From contig CAZNKJ010000006.1 in the NCBI GenBank assembly GCA_964574145.1, forward strand, positions 1 to 40,202: DNA of 40,202 bases, read 5' to 3'. The stretch comes from an uncultured Candidatus Saccharibacteria bacterium. GTDB lineage: Bacteria > Patescibacteriota > Minisyncoccia > Phycocordibacterales > CAZNKJ01. This document shows, in pieces, positions 9,048 to 17,981 of the stretch; the first letter of the stretch is position 1; every line of letters begins with the position of its first letter. The notes beneath the pieces were generated by a model, which saw only the letters and a program-made list of their open reading frames with translations, was not told the origin of the DNA and searched no databases. A program made the position numbers and the translations under genes.

Positions 9048-10142
9048 TTAAATATTTTCAATTGTGACATCATGGACTGTCTTCATAACGTCACTAATAG
9101 ATTGAAGTTTGCGCGCTCTGTCTTGCAAATCAGTATCTTCTTTTTTACTCTGCGAAGCTCCCCATGAAAGACTAAGAACATCTATTTCCTTCTTCACTTT
9201 TTCAGTATTATTTTTCGTAAAAAATGTATACCACGGAAATTTTATGTTTACTTTATCTTTTCCTGAAAGTTCCACCAAAGCTACCAAGTTTACTGGGATA
9301 AACCCAAAGAGCTTTGCTGGTTGCTCATATTTCATTGTGGTTTTTCCAAGATCTAATGAAACACTTTCTATATTTGCATCACTGAGCACCGTGGCTCCGA
9401 CAAAATCAAGAAAATCTTCTCCTTTAAGAATATCCTCAGGACTAATAGTCATTTCTTTTTTATCTCCATCCCAACCACGCACCACGACCTTGCCATCTTG
9501 TACTTCTTTTCTCACTTTATTTCCGTCAACGACAATCTCTTTTGACTTTCCGTCAAGATATTTATCTGAATCATTGTTGGATGTTGTGCTATTGCCATAT
9601 CCATCATTATTTATATTCACATCAACACTTTCTCCGTCTATGCCTTCTAACTTCAAGAAAGAATCCAATGCCATTTTTGTTTCCTCATCATTTAAATCCA
9701 CAAATACATCAAAAAACGAATCTGTGATATCACCATCTTCTACTATCTCATTTCCAGACTCATCAATAGCTCCTTCTACATCAAGATTTTCTGAATCACC
9801 AGAAGAGCTTGTCTCTTCTTCCACAACGCCATCTTCAACATCTTCGGAATCCATTTCATTTTCTGTCTTATCTTCCACGTCCTCTTCAGAACATTCTGCA
9901 AATTCACAATCTGGTCCGACCCTTCCAACGCTAGAGCCATCGGCGCAAACTTTTGCATCTTCTGTGCAAAACACTGTATCTGATTCTTCTGATGACTTAT
10001 TCTCTGTATCTCCTGCTGTACCCTCTTCATCAACTTCAACTGACGAAGCTTCATTTGAAGATGTAGAGGTAACATCAGTATGAGCAAAAACCATACTCGG
10101 AATAAAAATAGCCAATACAGTCAATGTCTTTAATATATTCAT
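9048..10142 (-). CDS. Secreted acidic protein with a Cys4 module and mosaic of short injection-machine-like motifs
   Basis: Signal peptide, CTEDAKVCADGSSVGRVGPDCEFAEC, acidic linkers, MALDSFLKLEGIDGESVD, VVVRGWDGDKKE, a PAKLFGFIPV...KFPWY domain, EIDVLSLSWGASQS and a terminal QSISDVMKTVHDVTIENI. Confidence 0.8.
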   Translation of the reverse strand: MNILKTLTVLAIFIPSMVFAHTDVTSTSSNEASSVEVDEEGTAGDTENKSSEESDTVFCTEDAKVCADGSSVGRVGPDCEFAECSEEDVEDKTENEMDSEDVEDGVVEEETSSSGDSENLDVEGAIDESGNEIVEDGDITDSFFDVFVDLNDEETKMALDSFLKLEGIDGESVDVNINNDGYGNSTTSNNDSDKYLDGKSKEIVVDGNKVRKEVQDGKVVVRGWDGDKKEMTISPEDILKGEDFLDFVGATVLSDANIESVSLDLGKTTMKYEQPAKLFGFIPVNLVALVELSGKDKVNIKFPWYTFFTKNNTEKVKKEIDVLSLSWGASQSKKEDTDLQDRARKLQSISDVMKTVHDVTIENI

Positions 10143-10267
10143 ATAGTTTATTTTATCCTAAATTGTATAAAAATGTTCATAATTCATATTGATTATACAC
10201 CTAACGCCTCAGTGATGATGTTTATGATGTGGATATAACACAATAAGAAGATAGAAATTGACTGATA

Positions 10268-11668
10268 CTACTTCTTATTTAGTTTTGGAGCTATTACTGT
10301 AATACCTACTGTTTTCTTAGTAAATAGTTTTTTTTCATTAAAACATATTAGGGTGATACTCATATCATTTATGACAGGATATATTACCTGCTCCCCGGAA
10401 GTGCTTTTATAGTATTTTCCATCTCTAAGAGGAAACTGGGGAAGAGGCCAATCATCATGCGCAGTACAAAATGTTGCTCCTTTTGAAAACCATACTATTT
10501 TTACCCTCTCACCATAATTCACAATACTTGGACTAACTGCCAATGTAAGTTGGGGTGGAATATTTTTTTGGTCACTTAGTTTTTTACTATTATTTTCTTT
10601 TTCATTAGGAGTCTGATCGGCTGAGTCTGTTGAACTCACAGGCTTAAGAGTAGAAATAATTAAAGACTTCCTTCTTTCCCCTCCTGGTCCAAAACAAACC
10701 ATGCTGAAAACTTTAGTGGTTTTCAAATTATTTACTGTAAATTTTCCATTAACCTTTAAATCACCTGACCATTTTGTTGTACCCTCTTCCGCTTTACAAC
10801 GGTCAGCATTTTTTACTTCCCAAGAAAGAGAAACTGTATCCCCAGGAGAAATCACTTTTTTATCTACTGTAAATATTATCTGCGGAATAGGGGTTGTGTT
10901 CTTTAAGAAATTTTCCCTTCGCTTACCAAAATCAGCATCCCTACTGTTTCCAGCAGTATCAGACCCAAATGGATCTCCATTGCCTGAGACTCCGCCTCCT
11001 TCTGGGTTAGCAGAATCACTCAAACTTACGTCCACCACACTCAAATCTAACGATCTGTCTATAGCCCCTATCGCAGGACCAACAGCAAGACCTATTGGAC
11101 CCAGTGCAATACCAAAAACAACTCCAGCGAGACTAACACTGGCAGTTGTTTCAATTCCTATTTTTCCTGTTTCAGGATTTATTGAAAGACTTTTTTCAAC
11201 TCCAAAAAAACTAGATATTTTCCCTAACACAGAATTATCCCAGTCCTCTTTTTCTGCTAATGCCTGCGCATAACCTTGTCGGTCCACAGCAGAAATACTG
11301 TCATTAAATGGATCGTTATCAGTCTCATCAATGCTCGTATCATCTTCACCCGGATCATTAATATCAGTTTCTGTACTTCCTAAGTCATTAAAACCACCAC
11401 CGACTCCTGGAGAACCGACTCCACCTGCTCTTCCTGTTCCTCCATCACTGCTACTATCACCCTTACCATCTACTCCTCCACCAAAACCACCACCTACTCC
11501 TGGAGAACCGACTCCACCTGCTCTTCCACCCCCAATGTCACTACTACTATCATTTCCTCCGCCATCTCCTCCCCCTCCGCCATCTCCACCTCCATAGACA
11601 AAAACAGGGATAAAGAGAGAAACAACAATCACTGGCGCTAAAATTCTGAAAAATCTTTTTTGAATCAT
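10268..11668 (-). CDS. Secreted protein with Gly-rich N-terminus, glycine-zipper hydrophobic segment and two Ig-like domains
   Basis: Signal peptide, GGDGGG/GGVGSPGVGGGF repeats, LAGVVFGIALGPIGLAVGPAIGAI, and two P.I.F.V....I..G..V.L.W....A..C modules. Confidence 0.75.
   Translation of the reverse strand: MIQKRFFRILAPVIVVSLFIPVFVYGGGDGGGGGDGGGNDSSSDIGGGRAGGVGSPGVGGGFGGGVDGKGDSSSDGGTGRAGGVGSPGVGGGFNDLGSTETDINDPGEDDTSIDETDNDPFNDSISAVDRQGYAQALAEKEDWDNSVLGKISSFFGVEKSLSINPETGKIGIETTASVSLAGVVFGIALGPIGLAVGPAIGAIDRSLDLSVVDVSLSDSANPEGGGVSGNGDPFGSDTAGNSRDADFGKRRENFLKNTTPIPQIIFTVDKKVISPGDTVSLSWEVKNADRCKAEEGTTKWSGDLKVNGKFTVNNLKTTKVFSMVCFGPGGERRKSLIISTLKPVSSTDSADQTPNEKENNSKKLSDQKNIPPQLTLAVSPSIVNYGERVKIVWFSKGATFCTAHDDWPLPQFPLRDGKYYKSTSGEQVIYPVINDMSITLICFNEKKLFTKKTVGITVIAPKLNKK
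11390..11527. repeat. 45-bp intragenic direct repeat (11390-11434, 11483-11527), 1 mismatch
   Basis: aaaaccaccacc(g/t)actcctggagaaccgactccacctgctcttcc, encoding GRAGGVGSPGVGGGF, with a 93-nt period. Confidence 0.9.
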
Positions 11669-11720
11669 TACTAGAAATAATACTATAAAAAATGCCTAAA
11701 TGCGTCTATGAAGGCTGTCA

Positions 11721-11749
11721 TTGCTAAGTTCCCTTCAAAAAGGTATGTT
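11721..11749 (+). promoter_or_regulatory. Putative sigma70 promoter
   Basis: TTGCTA-N17-TATGTT upstream of the ORF at 11792. Confidence 0.4.
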
Positions 11750-11791
11750 CTACTTAGTCACAGATCCTAAATTTCAAGAAGGAAAACCCTC

Positions 11792-12067
11792 ATGGAGATG
11801 TTTATGGAGATGTTTAAAGATTGGTTTATCCGTCCAGCGGCTATCCTCACAATGACAGTAGCTGTGTCTCTTTTTTTCTTACTCTTCTATATCTTGATGT
11901 TTTTCCCGCAATGTCCACGTTGTGAGAGCAGAAGAGTGAGAAAAACCAGGTTCCTCTCAAAAAGATGGGTTGAAAGCGACACTAATATTCATATCCCTGA
12001 ACTAAAAGAAGTGGAAATGACAAGGATAACTTGTCTCAAATGTAAAAATATTAGTTTCGAAAACTAA
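11792..12067 (+). CDS. Small membrane protein with zinc-ribbon-like CxxC pair
   Basis: TM helix followed by CPRC ... CLKC. AAGGA Shine-Dalgarno upstream and a terminator downstream. Confidence 0.7.
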   Translation: MEMFMEMFKDWFIRPAAILTMTVAVSLFFLLFYILMFFPQCPRCESRRVRKTRFLSKRWVESDTNIHIPELKEVEMTRITCLKCKNISFEN

Positions 12068-12086
12068 CACACTTCGTCACTCAAAA

Positions 12087-12114
12087 AAAGAGCGAACTTA
12101 TTGGTTCGCTCTTT
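12087..12114. terminator. Probable bidirectional intrinsic terminator
   Basis: Stem aaagagcgaac / gttcgctcttt with a 6-nt loop, flanked by A and T tracts, between convergent genes. Confidence 0.8.
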
Positions 12115-12149
12115 CATTTTTTTAATTCAAAATCCAGAAAAAATGACTA

Positions 12150-13121
12150 CTAGGATATCTCTGTAATTAAATGACTCAAAAATTCGGGGAGAGAACTTCC
12201 TACAGCAGAGAGAGCTCTGGGAACTAGTGATTCTTCCGTGAGCCCAGGTAAGGTGTTTACTTCAAGGAAATATATACCATCTGAAGCGATAATAAAATCT
12301 GATCGTGAATAATGACGTAATCCAAGTATTCTATGTACTTCACAAGAAATATACTCCAGGTTCCTTTTTTCTTCCGGATTAAAACGCCCTGGACAAATTT
12401 CTTCCGCAGCCCCACCATACTTTGCATCATAGTCAAAAAATGTACGTCCAGCGTGCGGTACTATTTCAATAGGAAATAATGGATAAATATCCTTTCCTCG
12501 AAACTGTTCAACCACCGCACATGTGGCTTCTCTCCCTTTTATATACTCCTCAATTAATATCCGTGGAGAATTCTCAAAACCTTTTTCCACAATAGAAAGC
12601 AAGTCTTCTTCGTTCCAAACAATACTAACTCCCATAGAAGAACCCCCCGTCAGTGGTTTTACAACAAAAGGCTTCTGTAATCTACTAGCTGCCTTTGTTA
12701 CAGCATCTTCAAAACCAAAACCGGGAGTGACTACTGAGTGACGAGCAAATTTTACTCCAAGATCTTCCGAGTAAGATTGTAAGGTTCTTTTAGTTAAAAA
12801 CTTATTCATGCAAATAGCCGAAGCACTTACCCCAGAACCTGTATAAGGAACACAAAAAGTATCTAATATTTTTTGCACAGTTCCATCTTCTCCATATTCT
12901 CCATGCATTGCATTAAATACAACATCTTTTGTTGATAAAATAATCGCAGGCTCTTTAGGTAATCCTTTTTCGTGCCACACCCCCTGTTTATCAATCAATA
13001 TATCAATCGCTTTATATTTAATCGGATCAAGATTGTTAAGAACAGCCGCTCCTGTTTTTAGAGATACGTCATATTCACTTGATGGTCCTCCACGTAAAAC
13101 TGCGACCTTAATTTCATTCAT
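12150..13121 (-). CDS. ddl: D-alanine--D-alanine ligase
   Basis: GGPSSEYDVSLKTG, AMHGEYGEDG, GSSMGV, YDAKY and LEVNTLPGLT motifs. Confidence 0.95.
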   Translation of the reverse strand: MNEIKVAVLRGGPSSEYDVSLKTGAAVLNNLDPIKYKAIDILIDKQGVWHEKGLPKEPAIILSTKDVVFNAMHGEYGEDGTVQKILDTFCVPYTGSGVSASAICMNKFLTKRTLQSYSEDLGVKFARHSVVTPGFGFEDAVTKAASRLQKPFVVKPLTGGSSMGVSIVWNEEDLLSIVEKGFENSPRILIEEYIKGREATCAVVEQFRGKDIYPLFPIEIVPHAGRTFFDYDAKYGGAAEEICPGRFNPEEKRNLEYISCEVHRILGLRHYSRSDFIIASDGIYFLEVNTLPGLTEESLVPRALSAVGSSLPEFLSHLITEIS

Positions 13122-13177
13122 ATCAAAAGTATAACAAAATGAAAGTCATGTATACAAACTTCTTTAAGAACATTTGT

Positions 13178-14425
13178 CTATCTTTTTAAAATCTGATCGC
13201 GACTACTACGATGATATCTAACAGCAAAACGATGAGCCTCACTATTTGCCAACAAAATTGAAACCTCTTGTTCTTTAATATTTTTCTTATTACCAAGAAT
13301 TTCTCGCGGTTTATGTCTCTCGTTCTTTACAACTGAAACAATAGGAATGCCGTAACCAAACTCTTTAAGAATTCGTTTTGCGACGGAAACCTGAGCCTTT
13401 CCACCATCGACTACTATCAAATTAGGAAGTCTCCACTCATCATGATTTAATCTACGACGCAACACCTCTGCTAAAGCGGCTGTGTCATTAGCACAATCGA
13501 CAGAACGTATTTTAAACTTTCTATAATCAGATTTTTTAGGTTCAGCATTTTCAATGACCACCATTACTCCTACTATATTTTTCCCACTCATATGAGCTAT
13601 ATCGTACCCCTCTATTCTAAATATGCTGCTATTGCGAGAAAGTTCTCGTACTTCACGTTTCAGTAAAGTCACATCATTTATATGTTTTAAGGCAAATAGT
13701 TGCCGTTTAACAGTATTGGCTTTTTCAAATTTCTGATTTTTTGCATAAACTTCCATATCTCGTCTTAATTGAACCATAAGCTTCTTTTTCTTCCCTTCAA
13801 GAAAGAGTTTGATGTGTTTAATAGTTTTACTATATTCTCTTTTTGTTATAGCTCCTGTACACACTCCAGGACAAAGGTTAATTTGTGCATTGAAACATTG
13901 CTTATTTTTAATTTTCTGTTTTGCGTCAACTGACGGATGACAAGTATCTCTGAAAGGAAAAATTTTTCTAACTATGCGTATAGCCTCTTTTAAAAGTTTT
14001 CCTTCTGGGAACGGTCCAAATATATTTTTTATCTCTTCTGTTTTAAATCTTTGACCAAGTTCCCTTCCACGCACAATTAAAACACGGGGAAATGTTTCTC
14101 GAGTAATTACCAAGTAGTTATAACTTTTATCATCCTTTTCCCTGACATTATAAATAGGTCTATGAGTTTTTATAAGACTGGCCTCAAGAATAAGTGCCTC
14201 AAGTACTGAGTCAGTCTGCTGATACTCCACATGCTTTATTTCTGATACCATTTTTGAAATTGCAGCACTGCGAGTTTCCCCTATATCTTCGTTAAAATAA
14301 CTTTTGACACGATCCTTCAAAGAAGTTGCTTTCCCTATATAAAGCAATCTCTTTTGAAAGCCGAGAAAAAAATATACACCAGGAGTGTTTGGTATTTTTT
14401 TGATCTGTGGATTGTTTACTTTCAT
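13178..14425 (-). CDS. uvrC: Excinuclease ABC subunit C (short form lacking C-terminal HhH domain)
   Basis: GIY-YIG (PGVYFF..LLYIGKA), a Cys cluster, a UVR helix, and RNase H-like IEGYDIAH, VDGGKAQ, AHRFA. The protein ends right after these. Confidence 0.9.
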   Translation of the reverse strand: MKVNNPQIKKIPNTPGVYFFLGFQKRLLYIGKATSLKDRVKSYFNEDIGETRSAAISKMVSEIKHVEYQQTDSVLEALILEASLIKTHRPIYNVREKDDKSYNYLVITRETFPRVLIVRGRELGQRFKTEEIKNIFGPFPEGKLLKEAIRIVRKIFPFRDTCHPSVDAKQKIKNKQCFNAQINLCPGVCTGAITKREYSKTIKHIKLFLEGKKKKLMVQLRRDMEVYAKNQKFEKANTVKRQLFALKHINDVTLLKREVRELSRNSSIFRIEGYDIAHMSGKNIVGVMVVIENAEPKKSDYRKFKIRSVDCANDTAALAEVLRRRLNHDEWRLPNLIVVDGGKAQVSVAKRILKEFGYGIPIVSVVKNERHKPREILGNKKNIKEQEVSILLANSEAHRFAVRYHRSSRDQILKR

Positions 14426-14496
14426 ATTTAATAATAGAGTGTAGAATTAAACTTTAGAGAGTACTATAGCTATAAATACAACATTAGGGGGTAGAA

Positions 14497-14949
14497 ATGC
14501 AACACATAGTCGCTAAGAGTTGTCGTACTGAGTTAGTCTCGGTATTTGGTTTCCTTCAGAATCTACAAGCAACTGACGAAAGTATTAGAGAGTTATTGAA
14601 AGGCAATCACTTAAATAAGACTACTTTCAAACTAATCCTTGCTTTTGCGCGGGGTTTGGACAAAGTCAGTTATAAATTGGAATATTTGAATTATGACATG
14701 GCAACCAGAGTATTGTGGTTAATTTTCAAAACTCACTTTTCTAACAATGAGAACCTATGGCACCCTTTATTCAAAGAGAAAGCCGGGTATTCACCCAAAC
14801 TGGTTGGAAGATGCGAATCTGAGGACATTATTTGGGATCAAATCATCCCACCTGTTGCACTGCTGATAATTCAACTCAAATCTACACTACCTTCTCACGC
14901 AGGAGGATTGCCAGAGAGAATTCCTGATGTATTCATTGAGGCGGACTAG
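14497..14949 (+). CDS. Hypothetical protein (orphan)
   Basis: 150-aa ORF filling the uvrC-uvrA gap, with an AGGGGG SD-like element. Its stop overlaps the uvrA stop by 4 nt. Confidence 0.65.
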   Translation: MQHIVAKSCRTELVSVFGFLQNLQATDESIRELLKGNHLNKTTFKLILAFARGLDKVSYKLEYLNYDMATRVLWLIFKTHFSNNENLWHPLFKEKAGYSPKLVGRCESEDIIWDQIIPPVALLIIQLKSTLPSHAGGLPERIPDVFIEAD

Positions 14950-17555
14950 CTCCGCCTCAATACTTTTTTTAGATACTTACCTGTATAGGACTCTTTTGAC
15001 ATAGCTACTTCTTCCGGAGTTCCTTTTGCTACAACTTTTCCTCCACTCTCTCCTCCATCCGGTCCAATATCTATAACATAATCTGCATTTTTTATTACAT
15101 CCATATTATGTTCGATAACAACAACAGTATTTCCTCGATCAACTAGTTTCTGAAGTATTTCTATTAGTTTTTTTACATCTTCATAATGAAGTCCTATCGT
15201 TGGTTCATCTAATAAGTATATTGTTTTCTGTAAATGAGGCCTATAAAGCTCCGCTGAAATTTTTACTCGCTGCGCTTCACCGCCAGAGAGTGTGGTTGCA
15301 GACTGTCCGAGTTCTAGATAACCAAGTCCTACTTCGTTCAAAGTATCAAGTCTGTCATAAATAGCTGGAATATCTTCAAAAAAAGCCAACGCTTCTTCAA
15401 TCGTCATTGTTAAAATGTCGTATATATTTTTTCCTTTATATACCACCTCCAAAGTCTCTTTCGTAAAACGTTTTCCTCCACAAATATCACACATGACATA
15501 CACTGTCGGCAAAAAATGCATCTCAACAGCAATCGTACCGTTTCCTTGACAAGCCTCACACCTTCCTCCTTTCACATTAAACGAGAATCGCCCCGGCTTC
15601 CATCCACGAGCCCTCGCCTCATTAGTTTCAGCAAACAACTCTCTAATAAAAGTAAAAGCGCCAGTATACGTAGCTGGATTTGAACGTGGCGTACGTCCAA
15701 TTGGAGATTGATCAATTAATATTGCACGACTAAGATACTCTGTCCCTGTTACTCTTGCAGCATTATAAATCTCCGCGCTTCTATATTTACGCTCATACCT
15801 TGCTCGTAGATTTTTATATAAAATCTCATAAAGTAAGCTGGACTTCCCAGACCCCGATACCCCTGTAATAATAATAAGACGACCAAGTGGAATGTCTATA
15901 TTCATATTTTGAATATTGAAAACCTTTCCACCTGTAATACTTACAACTCCCTTCTTACCGTCCCTACGTTTCTTTGGTAATTCTATAACCTTATCCCCAC
16001 GAAGATAGTCTAATGTTAAAGATTTTGATGTATTACGCTTTGCGGTTAATAATTTCTCCAAATCATCTGAAACCACCACTTCCCCACCATGGATACCAGC
16101 ACCGGGACCAAGGTCTACAAGATAGTCAGAAGAATAAATAGTGTCTTCATCGTGTTCAACTACAATAATGGTATTTCCGAGATCTCGAAGATTAATTAAT
16201 GTTTTTATCAAGCGATCATTGTCACGCTGATGAAGTCCGATCGTGGGTTCATCAAGTACATACAAAGCCCCCACAAGTCCTGAACCTAGCTGACTAGCTA
16301 GACGAATACGTTGTGCCTCTCCTCCAGAAAGCGTATTCGCGCGTCTATCAAGAGTAAGATAATCAATACCAACATTAAGCATGAACTGTAAACGATTTTG
16401 TATTTCCTTAACTACTATTTGTGATATGTCTTTTTGCTGATCACTAAGTATAAGAGAGTCTATAAATTTTTTTGCATCCTTAATGGAAAGAGAAGCTAGG
16501 TCAGTGATGTTTTTTCCTAGTCCTTTTTCATCATTTTTAAGATATACACGTAAAGCCTCCGAACGTAAACGAGCTCCATCACAATCCGGACATTTTTCTT
16601 TTCCAAAAAAATACTTTGTCCCCAGTCCATTACATAGAGAGCATGCTCCGTATGGTGAATTAAAAGAAAATAGACGTGGCTCTACTTCCGGAAATGAACT
16701 ACCGTCTATGGCACAAATAAACTTGGATGAAAAAAGCTTAATGTCTCCAGTTGAAGACTCTATTTTGACAAGTCCTTCGGACTCACTGAGAGATCTTTCC
16801 ACACCCTCAGACAGCCTTTCTTTGGCATCGCGCGCATTTCGCTCAAATTCACTAATAAAAATCTCATCCACTAAAACATCGATATCGTGTCGCTTATTCT
16901 TTGACAACACAATCTGTTCACGAAGGCTACACTTCTTACCATCTACGCGCACATACTGATATCCTTTTCCTAACAAATCATATAATAATTGGTAATACTC
17001 ACCTTTCCTCCCCACAACCACAGGAGAGTAAATACCAATCTTTAGTTTGCTATACTCTATCCCTAACACTTTCTTTGTTGTCTTTTTGACACTGGTTTTT
17101 ACAATCGTGTTCATAATAACTTTCATAATTTCATTATGTGAAAGTTTTTTAATCGGAATATCATGATTCAAACAATACGGCTGTCCCACACGCGCATACA
17201 AAATACGCATGTAGTCATAAATTTGCGTTATTGTTGCAACAGTGGAGCGAGGGTTATTTGAACGACTTTTCTGATCTATTGAAATTGCAGGAGACAAACC
17301 AGTAATCTCATCAACATCTGGTTTTTGCATTTGATTGATAAATTGACGAGCATAGGCAGAAAGAGATTCAACATACCTACGCTGTCCTTCTGCAAAAATA
17401 GTATCAAAAGCAAGAGAAGATTTTCCAGACCCAGAAAGCCCCGTCATGGCAATCATTTTATTACGTGGAATTTTAACTGTGATATTTTTTAAGTTATGAG
17501 TCCTCGCCCCTTTTACAAGGATTACATCTTCCGATGTTATTTTTTTCTTATTCAT
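14946..17555 (-). CDS. uvrA: Excinuclease ABC subunit A lacking the insertion domain
   Basis: GARTHNLK, two Walker A motifs (GLSGSGKSS, GVSGSGKSS), two LSGGEAQR signatures and the C-terminal zinc finger. Start revised to MNKKK (17555). Confidence 0.95.
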   Translation of the reverse strand: MNKKKITSEDVILVKGARTHNLKNITVKIPRNKMIAMTGLSGSGKSSLAFDTIFAEGQRRYVESLSAYARQFINQMQKPDVDEITGLSPAISIDQKSRSNNPRSTVATITQIYDYMRILYARVGQPYCLNHDIPIKKLSHNEIMKVIMNTIVKTSVKKTTKKVLGIEYSKLKIGIYSPVVVGRKGEYYQLLYDLLGKGYQYVRVDGKKCSLREQIVLSKNKRHDIDVLVDEIFISEFERNARDAKERLSEGVERSLSESEGLVKIESSTGDIKLFSSKFICAIDGSSFPEVEPRLFSFNSPYGACSLCNGLGTKYFFGKEKCPDCDGARLRSEALRVYLKNDEKGLGKNITDLASLSIKDAKKFIDSLILSDQQKDISQIVVKEIQNRLQFMLNVGIDYLTLDRRANTLSGGEAQRIRLASQLGSGLVGALYVLDEPTIGLHQRDNDRLIKTLINLRDLGNTIIVVEHDEDTIYSSDYLVDLGPGAGIHGGEVVVSDDLEKLLTAKRNTSKSLTLDYLRGDKVIELPKKRRDGKKGVVSITGGKVFNIQNMNIDIPLGRLIIITGVSGSGKSSLLYEILYKNLRARYERKYRSAEIYNAARVTGTEYLSRAILIDQSPIGRTPRSNPATYTGAFTFIRELFAETNEARARGWKPGRFSFNVKGGRCEACQGNGTIAVEMHFLPTVYVMCDICGGKRFTKETLEVVYKGKNIYDILTMTIEEALAFFEDIPAIYDRLDTLNEVGLGYLELGQSATTLSGGEAQRVKISAELYRPHLQKTIYLLDEPTIGLHYEDVKKLIEILQKLVDRGNTVVVIEHNMDVIKNADYVIDIGPDGGESGGKVVAKGTPEEVAMSKESYTGKYLKKVLRRS

Positions 17556-17714
17556 AGTAATGAGAAAGCACCCCCTTAATGGGGGTATGAGTCTACACAG
17601 CACAGTCTACTATCTTTTTTATCCACAAACAACGACTATTGAAAAACTCCCTCAGGAGTACAATTACTAAAGGTATCTAGAATATAAAAATTATTAACTC
17701 ATAAAAAATACTAT

Positions 17715-17927
17715 ATGGACCGTCAAGACAACATTGAGATTAGTTACAATCTCTATACAGTAATATCAGCGGGAATTTTTTTATTCCTAGCAGGACTACA
17801 TAGCTTACGTGCTTATTATCAATGGGATTTAATTCTTAATACTTGGTCAGTACCAATCTGGGTTTCTTGGCTAATAGTACTTGTGACTTTTCTGATGTCA
17901 ATTACAGCAATACGCAAATTACGTTAA
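17715..17927 (+). CDS. Small two-TM membrane protein
   Basis: 70 aa, two hydrophobic helices, followed by a strong terminator. Confidence 0.7.
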   Translation: MDRQDNIEISYNLYTVISAGIFLFLAGLHSLRAYYQWDLILNTWSVPIWVSWLIVLVTFLMSITAIRKLR

Positions 17928-17928
17928 C

Positions 17929-17979
17929 AAAATAATCAAAAATCCCCTGCATTTTATGCAGGGGATTTTTGATTATTTT
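17929..17979. terminator. Perfect 24-bp inverted repeat, probable bidirectional terminator
   Basis: aaaataatcaaaaatcccctgcat-ttt-atgcaggggatttttgattatttt between convergent stop codons. Confidence 0.85.
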
Positions 17980-17981
17980 AA

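Noticed and set aside
9109-10083. 324-aa plus-strand ORF
   Set aside because: Ser-rich antisense shadow of the acidic gene 9048-10142, with no recognisable motifs.
9048-10142. A genuine T6SS hcp gene or T6SS locus
   Set aside because: Only two short Hcp-like segments are present, the protein has a Sec signal peptide, and no sheath, baseplate or full VgrG genes are nearby.
10701-11597. Pro-rich plus-strand ORFs
   Set aside because: Mirror of the Gly-rich minus-strand gene.
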